Positions 41,492-54,082 of a stretch of DNA of 64,000 bases are shown here, in pieces. The translations under genes were made by a program, and so were the position numbers. Position 1 is the first letter of the stretch. Each line of letters begins with the position of its first letter. The notes below the pieces were generated by a model. It was not told the origin of the DNA. It did no database searches and saw nothing but the letters and a program-made list of their open reading frames with translations. The DNA is from Lytechinus pictus (taxonomy: Eukaryota): NCBI RefSeq assembly GCF_037042905.1, contig NC_087255.1, positions 2,170,001 through 2,234,000 on the forward strand. The letters run 5' to 3'.

Positions 41492-42095
41492 AGGTCAAGT
41501 CCACCCCAGTAAAGCGTAGATCTGAATGAATAGAGAAAAAAAAAAAACTAGCATAACACTGAAAATTTCATCAAAATCGGATGTAAAATAGGAAAATTAT
41601 GGCATTTTAAAGTTTCGCTTATATTTCACAAAACAGTAATATGCACAACTCAGGGACATGCAAATGAGTCAGTCGATGATGTCCATCACTCACTATTTCT
41701 TTTGTTTTTTATTGTTTGAATTATACAATATTTAATTTTTTATAGATTTGACAATAAGGACCAACTTGACTGAACCATATAGTATTAAACAATGCTAATT
41801 CCACATGTTCAGGGCGGAATTAATTGTTGTATCACTTACCAATGAGGAGAAAATTAGAATATTTAATATTTCTCATAATAAAATACAAAAGAAATAGTGA
41901 GTGGATGACGTCATAGTCTCCTCATTTGCATACCAGCCAGTATGTGCATATAACTGTTTTGTGAAATTAAGCGAAACTTTAAAATGTCATAACTTTCTTC
42001 TTTTACATCCGATTTTGATGAAATTTTAAGTGTTATGCTTGTTGGATTTTTGGCTTTTTATTCAAATCAACTTTTTGTTGGGATGGACTTGTCCT
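41492..42095. mobile_element. Kolobok-like MITE (TTAA target), inverted relative to 14823-15425
   Basis: TTAA at 41488-41491 and 42096-42099. TIR AGGTCAAGTCCACCCCA / TGGGATGGACTTGTCCT. Confidence 0.85.
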
Positions 42096-42384
42096 TTAAG
42101 GGAAGATATCCACCGTCTCCGCCCAGTCATCTCATCCCCTGGTGCCCTAGACCCTGGGGGTGATGTCCAAAGTAGTATCATGATCCGTGGGGTCGATCCT
42201 TAAAGTGATGTCTTCTAGGGATTCCTCAAGGAAGATCAACCTGTATGCATATGAAATGTGTACCGTATTCATGGTATTTGACGACTTTGGAATGAGAAAA
42301 TGTCACCCATCATGATTATAAAGTTGCAAATGAGTAAGGGGAAATGTTACTAAGATAAGAGATGAACCTTGACGTTGTTTTTAA
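42096..42384 (+). repeat. Direct duplication, copy 2 (TTAA to TTAA)
   Basis: Aligns with 41167-41491. Confidence 0.92.
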
Positions 42385-42903
42385 GGTTACACTTCGTAAT
42401 TCCGAAGGTTCGTAATTCCGAAACACGCAAATTGCCTATATATACCTCGATGTTCGTTAATCCGAAAACGTAAAAGGGTTCGTTAATCCGAACATTTGTG
42501 GCGTTATTCCGAAGGTTCGTTATTCCGAAGGTTCGATAATCCGAAAACGAAATAAGGTTCGATGTTCCGAAGGTTCGTTAATCCGAAAACGAAATAAGGT
42601 TCATTGTTCCGAAGGTTCGTTTATCCGAAAACGAAATAAGGTTCATTGTTCCGAAGGTTCGTTAGTCCGAAAACGAAATAAGGTAAGTTAATCATTTAGT
42701 TTTCGGACAAACGAACCTTCGGAATTACGAACCTCATTTCTTTTTCGGATTAACGAACCTTCGGAATTACGAACCTCACTTTGTTTTCGGACTAACGAAC
42801 CTTCGGAACTACGAACCTTCGGAAATACGAACCTTCGGAATAACGAACCTTCGGAATATCCGAACCTTCGGAATAACGAAGCTTCGGAATTACGAATGTA
42901 TGC
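42385..42903. mobile_element. Foldback-type element built from ~15-bp TTCCGAAGGTTCGT(A/T)A subrepeats in opposing orientation
   Basis: Left half repeats TTCCGAAGGTTCG, right half repeats CGAACCTTCGGAA. Ends TTCGTAATTCCGAAG / CTTCGGAATTACGAA. Confidence 0.75.
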
Positions 42904-42932
42904 GGTTTTGGTTTGTCCATCCTTAACCCAAA

Positions 42933-43318
42933 TGGTAAATTGCCAATTCGTCTATTGCCAACTCGTCCACCCATCACATGGTCTACCTTGATGCCATTCA
43001 GTCCATCAACATTTCGTCTATCAACCATTTGACCCAGCTACCATTTGGTCCATTCATCACTTCGTCTAATCACCAGTTCATCTATGACCATTTATTATCA
43101 TAACCAGTTGGTCTAATACACATTTTATTTTCGTCCATTTCGCCCAATAAACGCTTAGTCCAATGAGACCAAATGGTATATGGCTATCAGATCAACTGGT
43201 TATTAGACGGAATGGCATTAGACGAAATGGCAATAAGACCATGTGGATAGTGGACGAACTGATGGAAGGTCAAGTAATAGTAGACGCGTTAGTACTTGGG
43301 TGAATTGACATTATACCA
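42933..43318. mobile_element. Degenerate MITE with short GTCTA/TAGAC subrepeats
   Basis: Imperfect TIR TGGTAAATTGCCAATTC / GAATTGACATTATACCA. Periodic GGTCTA/CGTCTA motifs switch to TAGACG/TAGACC in the right part. Confidence 0.55.
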
Positions 43319-44605
43319 ATTGAAAATAAATCCTATTCGATCGATAGTCCTTCACCTTTCTGCTTGTAATGTGAAGGAACAACACAATGATTCGCGGTTA
43401 CTTTTTGATCAGGCTTCCACATGGATGGTCATGAAAACTGAAATGTGAAAATAAATGAGGTTTTATTAGTGACACAATAACAGGCCAATTATGAGTTATA
43501 CAAACGTTTATTCATACAATAAACGTGAGAAAATTAGCGGTTTGCTTTGATGAGTTTGTTGGTTACAGGATCCAGATCAACTCTTTCAAAACATTGACTT
43601 TTTAACGGTTTCGGATTGCTCTAAATATTAGAATTTTTATCCTACATAAAACAAATGGGATAATTATTTAGGATTTAAATACGGTAGCGATTACCTACTG
43701 CAAAAGGATTTTTTTCATAAGGGTACACTCAAAATCTTACTGATTGTAATATGGGGTAAATAAAAATCAATAATTGGAATGAGAAATCAACTACATTGGT
43801 ATATCCCGTACTAGGTTTTTTTATATATGTATGTGTGTTTGGGGGGGGGGGGAGGGTGGGTTCACGTCATAAGTTTGGTTATCGTCGACATCAAATGATT
43901 ATCAACATATGTCCACATTTCAGTCCCAGATAATCTTACTAAAGGGGGGGGGGGGGTGCACCCCTCGAATGCTTCGTTTGTAGGGCTCTGTTGATAGTTT
44001 ATATGTCTCTTTATCATTATTCCGTCCTTATCGACCTGAAAAGGTAATAGTTTTAAACTAAATTTATGCGGTATGTTTCATATACAATTCAAATACTGTA
44101 TTGCAGATACTAAAAAAAACACATACATTTTGAATTGTAAATCATGTTCCAACCTATAATGTGCAAACAGAAATTATAATCTTCATTATTATCATGAGAA
44201 TAAGGATGATGGTGATGATTATCAATTATGGTAATGATAATAACAACGATAATCATTGACATTGAGCAACCAGAGAACATACAGGTATTCTCAATATACT
44301 TGACATCTATAATAAAAAAATATTTATATTTTTTTTAATGAAAGAATATAGTAGAAATGATTGATAATTGCCATAAGGTAATTAGAACTAGTATGGGACT
44401 GTGAAATCAATGTTTGTCTCTGATATCTCAGATATTTGGGCAAGGCTATTTTATCGGAAGATAATGAAAACATTCAAAAATATTCAAAGATGTTGCTCGG
44501 ACGTTTGTTACATTTGAAAAGTCGAATAATTTAGCCATCTGATTATTAAAAGTGTGATTGGTAGGGTACATGTTTTGATTGTCATGCCTGCAAAGCAACG
44601 AACTG

Positions 44606-44750
44606 CAGGGGCGGCGGAACGGTTTTGAAAGTGGTGGGGGCTGACAATGCAAAACCAATCACAAAAAGATGGTAATTATTACGTTTTGTTTTGTTTTTGG
44701 AAAAAAAGTGGGGGGCGAAGCTCACCCAGCCCCCGGTTTTGCGGCCCCTG
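44606..44750. mobile_element. Short hAT-like MITE
   Basis: TIR CAGGGGCGGCGGAAC / GTTTTGCGGCCCCTG with internal G runs. Confidence 0.6.
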
Positions 44751-47700
44751 AACTTGACTATTTACCAGGGGCAAATGACATAGGTTTATTCTTCAATCAA
44801 ATCAATCAAATCAAATCAATCAATCAATCAATCTTCAACAAATATTAAATGATTTAGGATAACTTTTAGAATATCGCTAGGGAAATTTATACGAGTCTTG
44901 TTTATATGAAATCAAAATAAATTATTGGCGATGTTCAAATGACGCGGGAAAACATTCGAATTTATCATGGATAAGACCTCTCGATATAAAATATAAAAAT
45001 AGGAATTATTTCGGTCCTTTGAAGCTAATTATGATATTAAAGTCTGATACCCTAACACGACTACTACTTCCGAATTTTACGATTAACATGCATTTTGCTG
45101 TATTCATTTCTCAGTGCGTATGACGTAACATTTTTTGTCGACATTTTTGTTTTATCGTTTTAACCGCATTTATTGAAAATCCGTCATTTGTTAATGCCAA
45201 CAACGTTTGATTTGTCGACTATTAATGTAATTCTTGTTGATTTTCTTTCAAATGTATTTTTGACATCCGTCGGACCATTTTTTTCAGCCGCACTTTTCAA
45301 CTTGAGTTTGCCTTTACCCCCTAGCCTCTTCAATAACTAACAGAACACCATTCTTTCTTTGCAGCAAGCAGTGCGGAAATATGCCAATAAAAGAAACAGA
45401 GAGAAGTAGAGGTGCGGATTTTAAGCGAACAAAAGGCTTGTATAAACGCGCCTGACACATAAAATATATCGAGTATTGTTATGGGTATGTTTAATACTCA
45501 TAAAGCAATGGCTTTGGGTTGTCTGGCCTATTGTCGCTGACCTGATTCCAGAGGGCACACTAGCGAGAGATGAAAAAATGAAAGAGATGTGGACCAGTTG
45601 AGCTTTACAGGTGCTTGTCAATTTTTTGTTTTGTCGTGGCGTGTTTATCTAAAATGATCCCACCATTTAGAAACTTCTAAAGGGGCACCGCAAAAGGTAA
45701 AGGAAATGTGGTAGCGTACTGAATGGGCTTGAGCAGCACTGTTTCGGTTGACAATTAATGTATGGTGAAGGTCATGAGGGAATTAAAAACGCCATTTTTC
45801 TTGTCTGCTTTAGATTTATATAGTGCGTGAAGAGGTGACAATCAAAAGGCAGACGATATGGTATTGAAATCGTTTTCCTCAATCGATCATCCCTATCGGT
45901 TTATGTCCCAGATCGTCTGACGTGAAAAATGGTGAAAGGGTGGTGGAAAGAAATGAGGTATTACGATGTGAAAGTTAATAAAGGAATAAGAAGGAAGGTT
46001 GGTGAGATAGAGGGAAAGGGGAGGTAACATGCAGGTCCAAATATTGACTCTGGGCTTAAAGTCAATATAAGCATGATAATGATCATGATGATTGTGTCGA
46101 AATGAGGGCATGATCAATTCAAATTGGAACGAATAATTGATTGCAAGAATATGAAAGAAAAACATAGAAATGAAGTCATTCAAAGATCATCTCATAGGGA
46201 GCGGTACAAATGGTTTTTGGTTAGAATGTAAGGATTGAGCCCCGAGGAAACGGGTTCTAATATGGGTCGGGAAGAATGAACGCGACAAAGAATCAATCAC
46301 GCTTTAAAAAAACAAGCCAAGATAAATTTCTAACACGTTGGAATAACATTATTGTTTGCTGGAGGGCGGGGGGTGGGAAGGAAAATTAGGTTTACAGATA
46401 CCGCACCATAAAGTTAGCCCCCTGATTCATCGAACATTGGAAAAAAAATTCTTGATTGGATCGAGACGAAGGCTGGAGGAAAGGCAGATGTGTCGACAAC
46501 AAGAATAGCCATGATAGCCGACAATATTTCAAGATAACCGTGTCAGGGGTGGGGGAGCATTGTTGAGACGGAAATAGGAAAAAAAATAATGATCTCAAAG
46601 TTTAGGTGTCAATCTGAAAGACCCAGGTCATGATAACGATTAATCCATGTTTACAAAAGAATAACACAAAAGCCGTCTGACCTATATTTTCACAATGGTG
46701 CTGACAAACACAAATTTACAAGGGTTTACGGGCTCAATCTCACGCTCAGACTTGTCACATATTAATGTTAATAATGTTGTTTCTCTTGCTGATCATAAGT
46801 ATTGACATAATTTATTCATTATCTATACAAACTCGTGATATTCTTCGCATTCTTTATTTATGAACAAATACCGGCACACTATGTTGTTGTTGTAAGATGC
46901 AAAGCAAAGATAATCATGGAACATAGTGATGGCATGTTCAATTGGTAGTTTTCTTTAAAGGGTCTACGGATTTTAGGTAAGATACATTACTGAAAATATT
47001 GAAATTCAATTTCTTAATATACATCGATATGTTGTTTTCCATTTCCGAATTCAGGTGAAAATAAAAACTGGTGTGATTAATTTCCAACCGCATAACCCAC
47101 TCTATCTCTACTTTCGTATGACTTTATTTGTAGACCCGTTGCCCTTTGCTAATTAAAGTTTCGTCTATTTTGCTGCTGCCCCGTTTTAAAGAGTTTGCGT
47201 TATTTCGATCAATATTGTTTAACACATGTAGACATATACATGCCATAGTCGTATCAGCGAAACCGATCAAAGACCGAACAAATGAAATACGTTATTTCCA
47301 ATGAGTCGGTTACTACTAAAACATGTTGAAAACAATTTTATAATGACGCACGTGAATCTACATTTTGCCTTAGAAGTAGAAGAAACACCAACACTTATCG
47401 TGCTTATTATATCCGTAGGAGAAACGTTTAGAGAAACAATCGTGTTTGACAAGTACCTTATCCAACATCTTGCCTCTGTAACGCACTATGCGCATTTTCG
47501 CCCTTACCCCGTTGCCTAAATACCCGTAAGCGTTTGCAATCCGCGGCGCACACATCGAGTGCTTTTGCTGCGCGCATCTTCGCTTATGCCTTCGAGATGT
47601 GAGAATACAAACGAGTTTGTAAAGTGAGGCGTTGAGAAGGCTTATGTTTGGATGAAGTTATTGAACATTGCTCTTATATTTCCTTCAATTTTCCCCACTC

Positions 47701-49238
47701 TCCTTCTGTTCTTCCCGTCTGACCAAATTGTTTGCTCTTTTAGGATGAGAGGCTCTCCGAAAACACTCGACAGTTATTTGTGTTGATGGGCTGCAGTTTC
47801 ACTTTGCAAGGAACAAAATCTTTCGCAGCATAATGAAATGGTTGAAATGATAAAAGAGCAATTAACTGCCTAAAGTATGTTTATATCAAACACAATTAAT
47901 GATTTTGGAGAGTAATAAAATTATTTTCTATTTCAGATATCCTTCAGAACTTGTGAGAAGTAAGCTTAGAGCGGAAATCTAGTCAAGGTCTAATCCAATC
48001 GTCCCTATGCTGAAGAAATGGCTTAAAAGAAACAGATGCATGTATATATAGACGAATAATCTACCTTAGTACCTTTTCCTGACTACCTTAGACCTTTTAT
48101 ATCCAACACTGAAAACATAATTGTCAAATTATCGTCACATCTAAATCGAGCGAGCTCGGTCGGTTGACCCTTATCACACGAGGCTGCATACCATTCCCTA
48201 GACGACGACGGATTCCTCGTCATCGTTGGTTGCCAATTCTTAAACGACTATCCCAATCTTGGCATCTCTGATAGCTATCGTTATAACACAGGTTTACACG
48301 ACACATCCTTTTCAAGTTCATTTATTCATTCTCCAAAATTAATAGATGATCGAGAGGTCTATTCAGCCACTCACCTCGTAAACATTACTATGTCCTCTCA
48401 CTTCCACCAAATTGTAATTGTGATTACCATTTCGATAATTCAGATCATAACTGATGTTGCCATTTTCTGAACTTTATTTATACACGGGATTCCAAGATTT
48501 AAAGTCGATATACTGTCTTAGTAATCACCAAAAAATGTAAACAATGTGGTGATATAGAATTGCTAGTAACTGCGGCGCGCAAATTGTCTGGCCCAGACTA
48601 CAGTTTTTTGCGCATTCGCAAGAAGAAGAGTACCTGTTCTGTATGAAAGAGCGTAACAACATTTTTTTCCAAACAACAGCGTCGCAATGATATACCAATT
48701 ATTATCATTTATCATCAATCGATGTTAAATTAACTCCGTGTAAACACAGCTATCATAACTTTCCTTGTAATATTTTATTTCTTCTCATCAGCGAGGGATA
48801 TTATTGACATCTAGGCCAAGTTTACCGTGGTATTTTTTCTCACTTCATGGGTCATATCTCTTGCAAACGAGGTTGAATCAAGCTCTCTTACAGAGTTACA
48901 GTGTGAGCCATCAAAAGTTCTTCCATCGGATTGTCTCTGTCATTGCTGCCTACCCATGGCTTCGCACTTTTTACCTGTTAAAAAAGTGCCCATACTAATT
49001 ATAACACATCATTCACAAACAATGCCCGTACCATAAATACATTGCTTTTGAATTAGTTTGTCATTTTTTTGTGTTTAAAAGTGTTTATTCCAGGCTTCCA
49101 CGGTCATTTTTTTGTGTTTAATGCTGTAGTGTTAGGGTATACTTTAAGTAAGCATGTTAATAGCATCATGGTGTCTCTGGGAGATCTCTGTTAGGAAAAC
49201 TCCGTTTGGATCACTGTAAGTTATCGAGTATATAGGCT

Positions 49239-50099
49239 AAACAAGTGGAACGCCTCTGGCATGCAGTCTCGCCTGCATTACGCGATTTGATATACATGAT
49301 ATAGCAGCAGTACTGACTTCGTAAACAGCTATTGAATAATTATTCACAAAAGAAAACACTCGTATGATAATGAAATACTGTGTCCATTGACCCAACATGA
49401 CCTTTGACCATGATCATGTGACCTAAGACGTGTGCAAAACGACCATTCATACTTAATTATATCTATGTTTCATGAACTACATGTGTGAATCCATACATTT
49501 TCTAAGTTATGATGCCAATTTAACAAATACCCCCAACATGGCCAATGTTCACTGACCTTAAATGACCTTTGATCTTGCTCATGTAACCTGAAACACGCAC
49601 AGGATATTCCGGGATGGCTACTCTTATGTCCAAGTTTCATGAACGAGATCTATAAACTTTTTAAAGTAATAATGACAATTCCACAAACACCCACAACATT
49701 ATCAAAGTTTGTTGACCCTAAATGACCATTGACCTCGGACATGTGACCTGAAACTCGCACAGGATGTTCAGGGATACTTATGTCCATGTTTCATGAACTA
49801 GATCTATAAACTCTTAAAGTAATGACGACAATTCCACAAATACCACAACATGGTCAAAGTTCGTTTACCCTAAGTGACTTTTGAACTTGGTCATGTGACC
49901 TGAAACTCGGGCAGGATCTTCGGTAATACACTATCACCCTTGCTTATGTCCAAGTTTCGTGAACTAGCTCAATATACTTTCCAAGTTATGATGACATTTC
50001 AAAAACTTAAACTTGGTTAAGATTTCAATGTTGACGACGCCGCCGCCGTCGGAAAAGCGGCGCCTATAGTCTCGCTCTGCTATGCAGGCGAGACAAAAA
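49239..50099 (-). mobile_element. Non-autonomous Helentron (HINE / DINE-1-like) with internal ~140-bp tandem repeats
   Basis: Sub-terminal inverted repeats GTCTCGCCTGCA (~49266) / TGCAGGCGAGAC (~50083), adjacent short inverted repeat GTCTCGCT, A/T-run ends without TSD. About four copies of TGACCTTTGACC..CATGTGACCTGAAAC..ATGTCCAAGTTTCATGAACTAG. Confidence 0.72.
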
Positions 50100-51422
50100 T
50101 GACATTGCAAGAAGGCTCTGTAAATCGTAATAACCGCGCGCTTTAGCGCTGCTTTGGGACGACCATTCCCTATTTTTATTACTCGTCTCAATTTATTTTA
50201 TTGATAGACCCTAGTCAGGACCACCTCTGTTCCAGCAAGGAGGAGTTGCCAATTGAGAGAGCGATTAATGGGAAAACACAGAGATTTTGCTGTCAACAGT
50301 AGACAATATTTAGGGTCGAGCGAACGAGGCTGACCTGACGTACAGTTCCAATGTAACACAATACTGATCATGCTGACGGTAAAGTGAGGTAAATGAAATG
50401 TGTTCAACAATTTGGATGACGGAAGAATGAGATAGGTATTACAGTTGACAACTTGTGAACCCAGTTATTGAAGGGGAATATTGTTTTTAAAGTTTTCATT
50501 TTTATTAATTTCCAGGATTATGATCACTTTGATATTTGACATTATATTACAATTATCGCGTACTCATCAGTTGAAAAAAATTAATGTATCCTATAGGCTG
50601 CATGATCGGGCTTTGTGGGCGTGAATTTCAATACACACATAAATGTGACAAAAGTGTTACTTTTTATGATTATTTGAGTCACCACAACTTTTCCTCAAAC
50701 ATGTAAAAAGTCCCTTGATTTCCAAGCTGATGCAGGTTATTAGTTAAACACATGCCATTATGGCCTGTTGAGCAAACAATATCATCAGGTCCTAAACCCA
50801 TTTTTTCGCATAAATTTAAAATTGAAACGGACCCCTCTCAATCTAAACCTTCGTCTCCATTTCACTCGAACGAACTCAAAACATGCACGGATTTGATCAA
50901 CAGTTTACTTGATTTTCTCACCTCTCTAGGATTAGGTTATTACTATTTTCATGTTTTTTGTGATTAAGAAAATAGCTGAAAAACCTCCAAGGTTATACAT
51001 TTTCTTGCCCGTCTGGACGGGCTTACGATCGTAAATCCTCGAAGTCTTTGCTTGAAAAATTCAATCATTATTTAATCTGCAACAAACTAGAAATTCTGCT
51101 TTTTTAGGGTGACTCAGTATTGATGGTGTGAGTTTGAAGAGATAACCAACCTTGAGAAGAACAGAGTTGCGTCCTTCCTCGTGAATCCATTATCAAATGA
51201 AGGGTGCGAAAAGGCGGGAAAGTGGTTAGCTGTTAATTATTTCCACCAAAACAATATCATCATCAGGTGCTATATTTACCGACGGTGAGTTGAAGCGAAA
51301 TAACAAGACTGGCTCTTTGGTGGGTTGCATTGCATCTTTGCGATTCACTTCCATTACTAACGCCAGATTGTCAAAGGCATCATGTATACGGCAGCCATCT
51401 TGAATATCATCATCTCTAGTCC

Positions 51423-51740
51423 CGGGGAGAGTTTCATGAAGAGTTTTGCCAGCGAATATAACCGAATGGTTTGTGCTCGGCCAATCGGATGGAAGTAATC
51501 CCGGTAGCTTATTTGTGGTTGAAAACCTTTTATTTTTCTTCTTTGCTTGTCAAATTTTTCGGGTACGAAATATCCTTAATTTGTGGTTGAAAACCCTTTT
51601 TTTTTGGCTTGTCAAAATTTTCATCCGAAAAATCCCCCCCCCCTTTGGAAAATCCTGGATCCGCCCCTGCTTATAAAATCTACCGGATAACATCTACCTG
51701 TGAAAATCAATGACAAATTTCTTCATGAAACACTCACCTG
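51423..51740. mobile_element. Old Harbinger-like MITE containing a hAT-like end fragment
   Basis: Ends GGGGAGAGTTTCATGAAGA / TCTTCATGAAACACTCACC resemble 38870-39026. Internal CCTGGATCCGCCCCTG at ~51654-51669. Confidence 0.55.
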
Positions 51741-51962
51741 AATTGCCCCTGATTCTTTACCCACAATGCACCATTTTGATGATAAAGCCTTATACGCCTT
51801 ATAGAATGATGTCATATTTTCCTTTCATATTACACCATTCATATCCTTAAAAAGTTGTCCTAGGACGAAACATCCCATTAAAGATAATGAAGTGACCATC
51901 GTGATTGTTATCATGATTAATATTCTATTACGCTGCATTCTTTATAGAAAGGTATGTATTAA

Positions 51963-52546
51963 ATGAGAATGAAACCCTTGAAACCAGCTGAATCCATATC
52001 AAAGAGAAAAATCAAAGAAACATATTGTTGAAAGTTTGAGGAAGATTGAATGAATAATAAGAAAGTTATGAGCATTTGAATATTGAGATCACTAATGCCA
52101 TGTAGATCCTCCTATTGGCAATGCGATCAAGATCTGTGATGTCACACACGTACAACTCCCTCATTGCTTTAGTACTTATTTCACTTATATTCTCACTTTT
52201 ATAGAATCTATCACAAGGTGAGGTGTTCTCTTTATGAGAGGACAAGTACTGAGGTTTCACAACATTATATCATTGATGAATCGTTCGTCATATGATTAGA
52301 ATGAGCAAAAAGAGATGTTTTGGGGTATATTTTCAGTGTCCAAAAGGGGAGAGTTGTTCATCTGTGATATCATAGATCTTGGTTGCGTTGCCAATGGGAG
52401 GATCTCCATAGCATTAGTGATCTCGACATTCAAATGCTCATAACTCTTCTATTGCTAGTCCTATTTTACTCAAACTTTTGTTGATCTTATTCTTTGATTT
52501 TTCTGCTTTCACAAAAGCTAACTTGCTCCAAGAGTTTCATTCTCCT
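51963..52546. mobile_element. Kolobok-like MITE, second family
   Basis: TTAA then ATGAGAATGAAACCCTTG ... CAAGAGTTTCATTCTCCT. Long imperfect inverted arms (AAAGTTATGAGCATTTGAAT / ATTCAAATGCTCATAACT). Right TSD degenerate. Confidence 0.7.
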
Positions 52547-52593
52547 AAAATAGACCAATGTATTGTTTGTAGTGTTTCATAAGCTGTTAGTAA

Positions 52594-52755
52594 TATCATG
52601 GTCACATTTGCTCTACGGCGGCCGTACGGCGAGTTGAAAACAGCCGTTTGAACATTTTTTGTATCAACTTCATATAGGTGGTTTGGATCAAGATTAATAA
52701 AACGGCTGTTTTCGACTCGCCGTACGGTCGCCGTAGAGCAAATGTGACCATGGTA
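52594..52755. mobile_element. PIF/Harbinger-like palindromic MITE
   Basis: ~56-bp arms TATCATGGTCACATTTGCTCTACGGCGGCCGTACGGCGAG.. / ..CTCGCCGTACGGTCGCCGTAGAGCAAATGTGACCATGGTA. TAA TSD (52591-52593, 52756-52758). Confidence 0.85.
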
Positions 52756-53708
52756 TAAGCTTTGCCCTACTTTATGCATGACTGGAACATGTTCTTTGGT
52801 GGAAAAAGGGTGATTTTATGAGTTTGGCATGCAATATTTATATGCATTGTGGACGTCTAAGTGTTTTAATCTGCGGGATGGAACTAGGCATTGCTCAAAT
52901 ATTTTTTCTACCATTTTCACCCTTAACTTGTATATTATATCTTAATATTACAAACCATTTTAGAGACTATATATTCAGGGGCCGAGGAACCAGGAGGAGG
53001 GACCTCTATTTTTTCAGTAACTATGTACAAAAACGTTAAATCAAATTGTGATTTCACTTTCAAATATGTTCTGCAGCCCTAGCTGATAGCGATATCAATC
53101 CTGTTTTGTTAACAAATCACCTCGGGATTGTTTCTGCATGGAACAAAAAAAAATAAATGAGTAAAAATAAAAAGTAAATAATAAAAACAAAAATAAAAGC
53201 GATTTTGAAGAGAATTCCATATCCTCTCATACTAAGATAGAAACGCGACCGGTTCAGGTGAATGTACCCCAGTAATCGAACGACCAAGTGTCGTTTGGGA
53301 ATCAATTCGAAAAGATACACGTCATGTGTTTCCAACTGGATTTATTCAAGTAAAATGTCTCTCTACGGTCGGTTAAAGACACTTGTTGCCCAGGTGTAGT
53401 TTCTTCGTGAATCCCAAGACATTTGTTAAGGATTAATGGACCTCCTTGGGTACACTTTGATTTGCATTTCACATGCTAACACTAGGATCAATACCAGAGT
53501 GTATCTATTGAGGTATCTGGCCATCCTATTACGATGCACGCCAATGGTAGATGAACTGTATCACGCCATTGATTGATTAGTATGGGTATGGACCTGCTCT
53601 TCATTAGTTTATTCTTAAGCAAGTGCCCTGTGTCATCTGAGAAAAAGAAGGAATGTTAAGGATAATAGATATAAACATTCTTAAAAATTGCTTTCCATGC
53701 AAACATAT

Positions 53709-53945
53709 NNNNNNNNNNNNNNNNNNNNNNNNNNNNNNNNNNNNNNNNNNNNNNNNNNNNNNNNNNNNNNNNNNNNNNNNNNNNNNNNNNNNNNNNNNNN
53801 NNNNNNNNNNNNNNNNNNNNNNNNNNNNNNNNNNNNNNNNNNNNNNNNNNNNNNNGTAGTAGTATTAATAGTATTAGTATTAATAGCAGTAGCACTAGTA
53901 GTAATAGTAGTAGTAGTAGTAGTAGTAGAAGTAGAAGTAGTAATA

Positions 53946-53978
<33 letters not shown>

Positions 53979-53995
53979 ATAGTAGTAGTAGTAAG
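53709..53995. repeat. (GTA)n microsatellite with assembly gap
   Basis: N run followed by GTA triplets. Confidence 0.85.
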
Positions 53996-54082
53996 TTGAA
54001 AAAAGTATTTTGAAAAAATATGCATCTCTATTTTTATCATCATCATTGTTACTTTTATCATCAATATTATCATTTACGTTAA

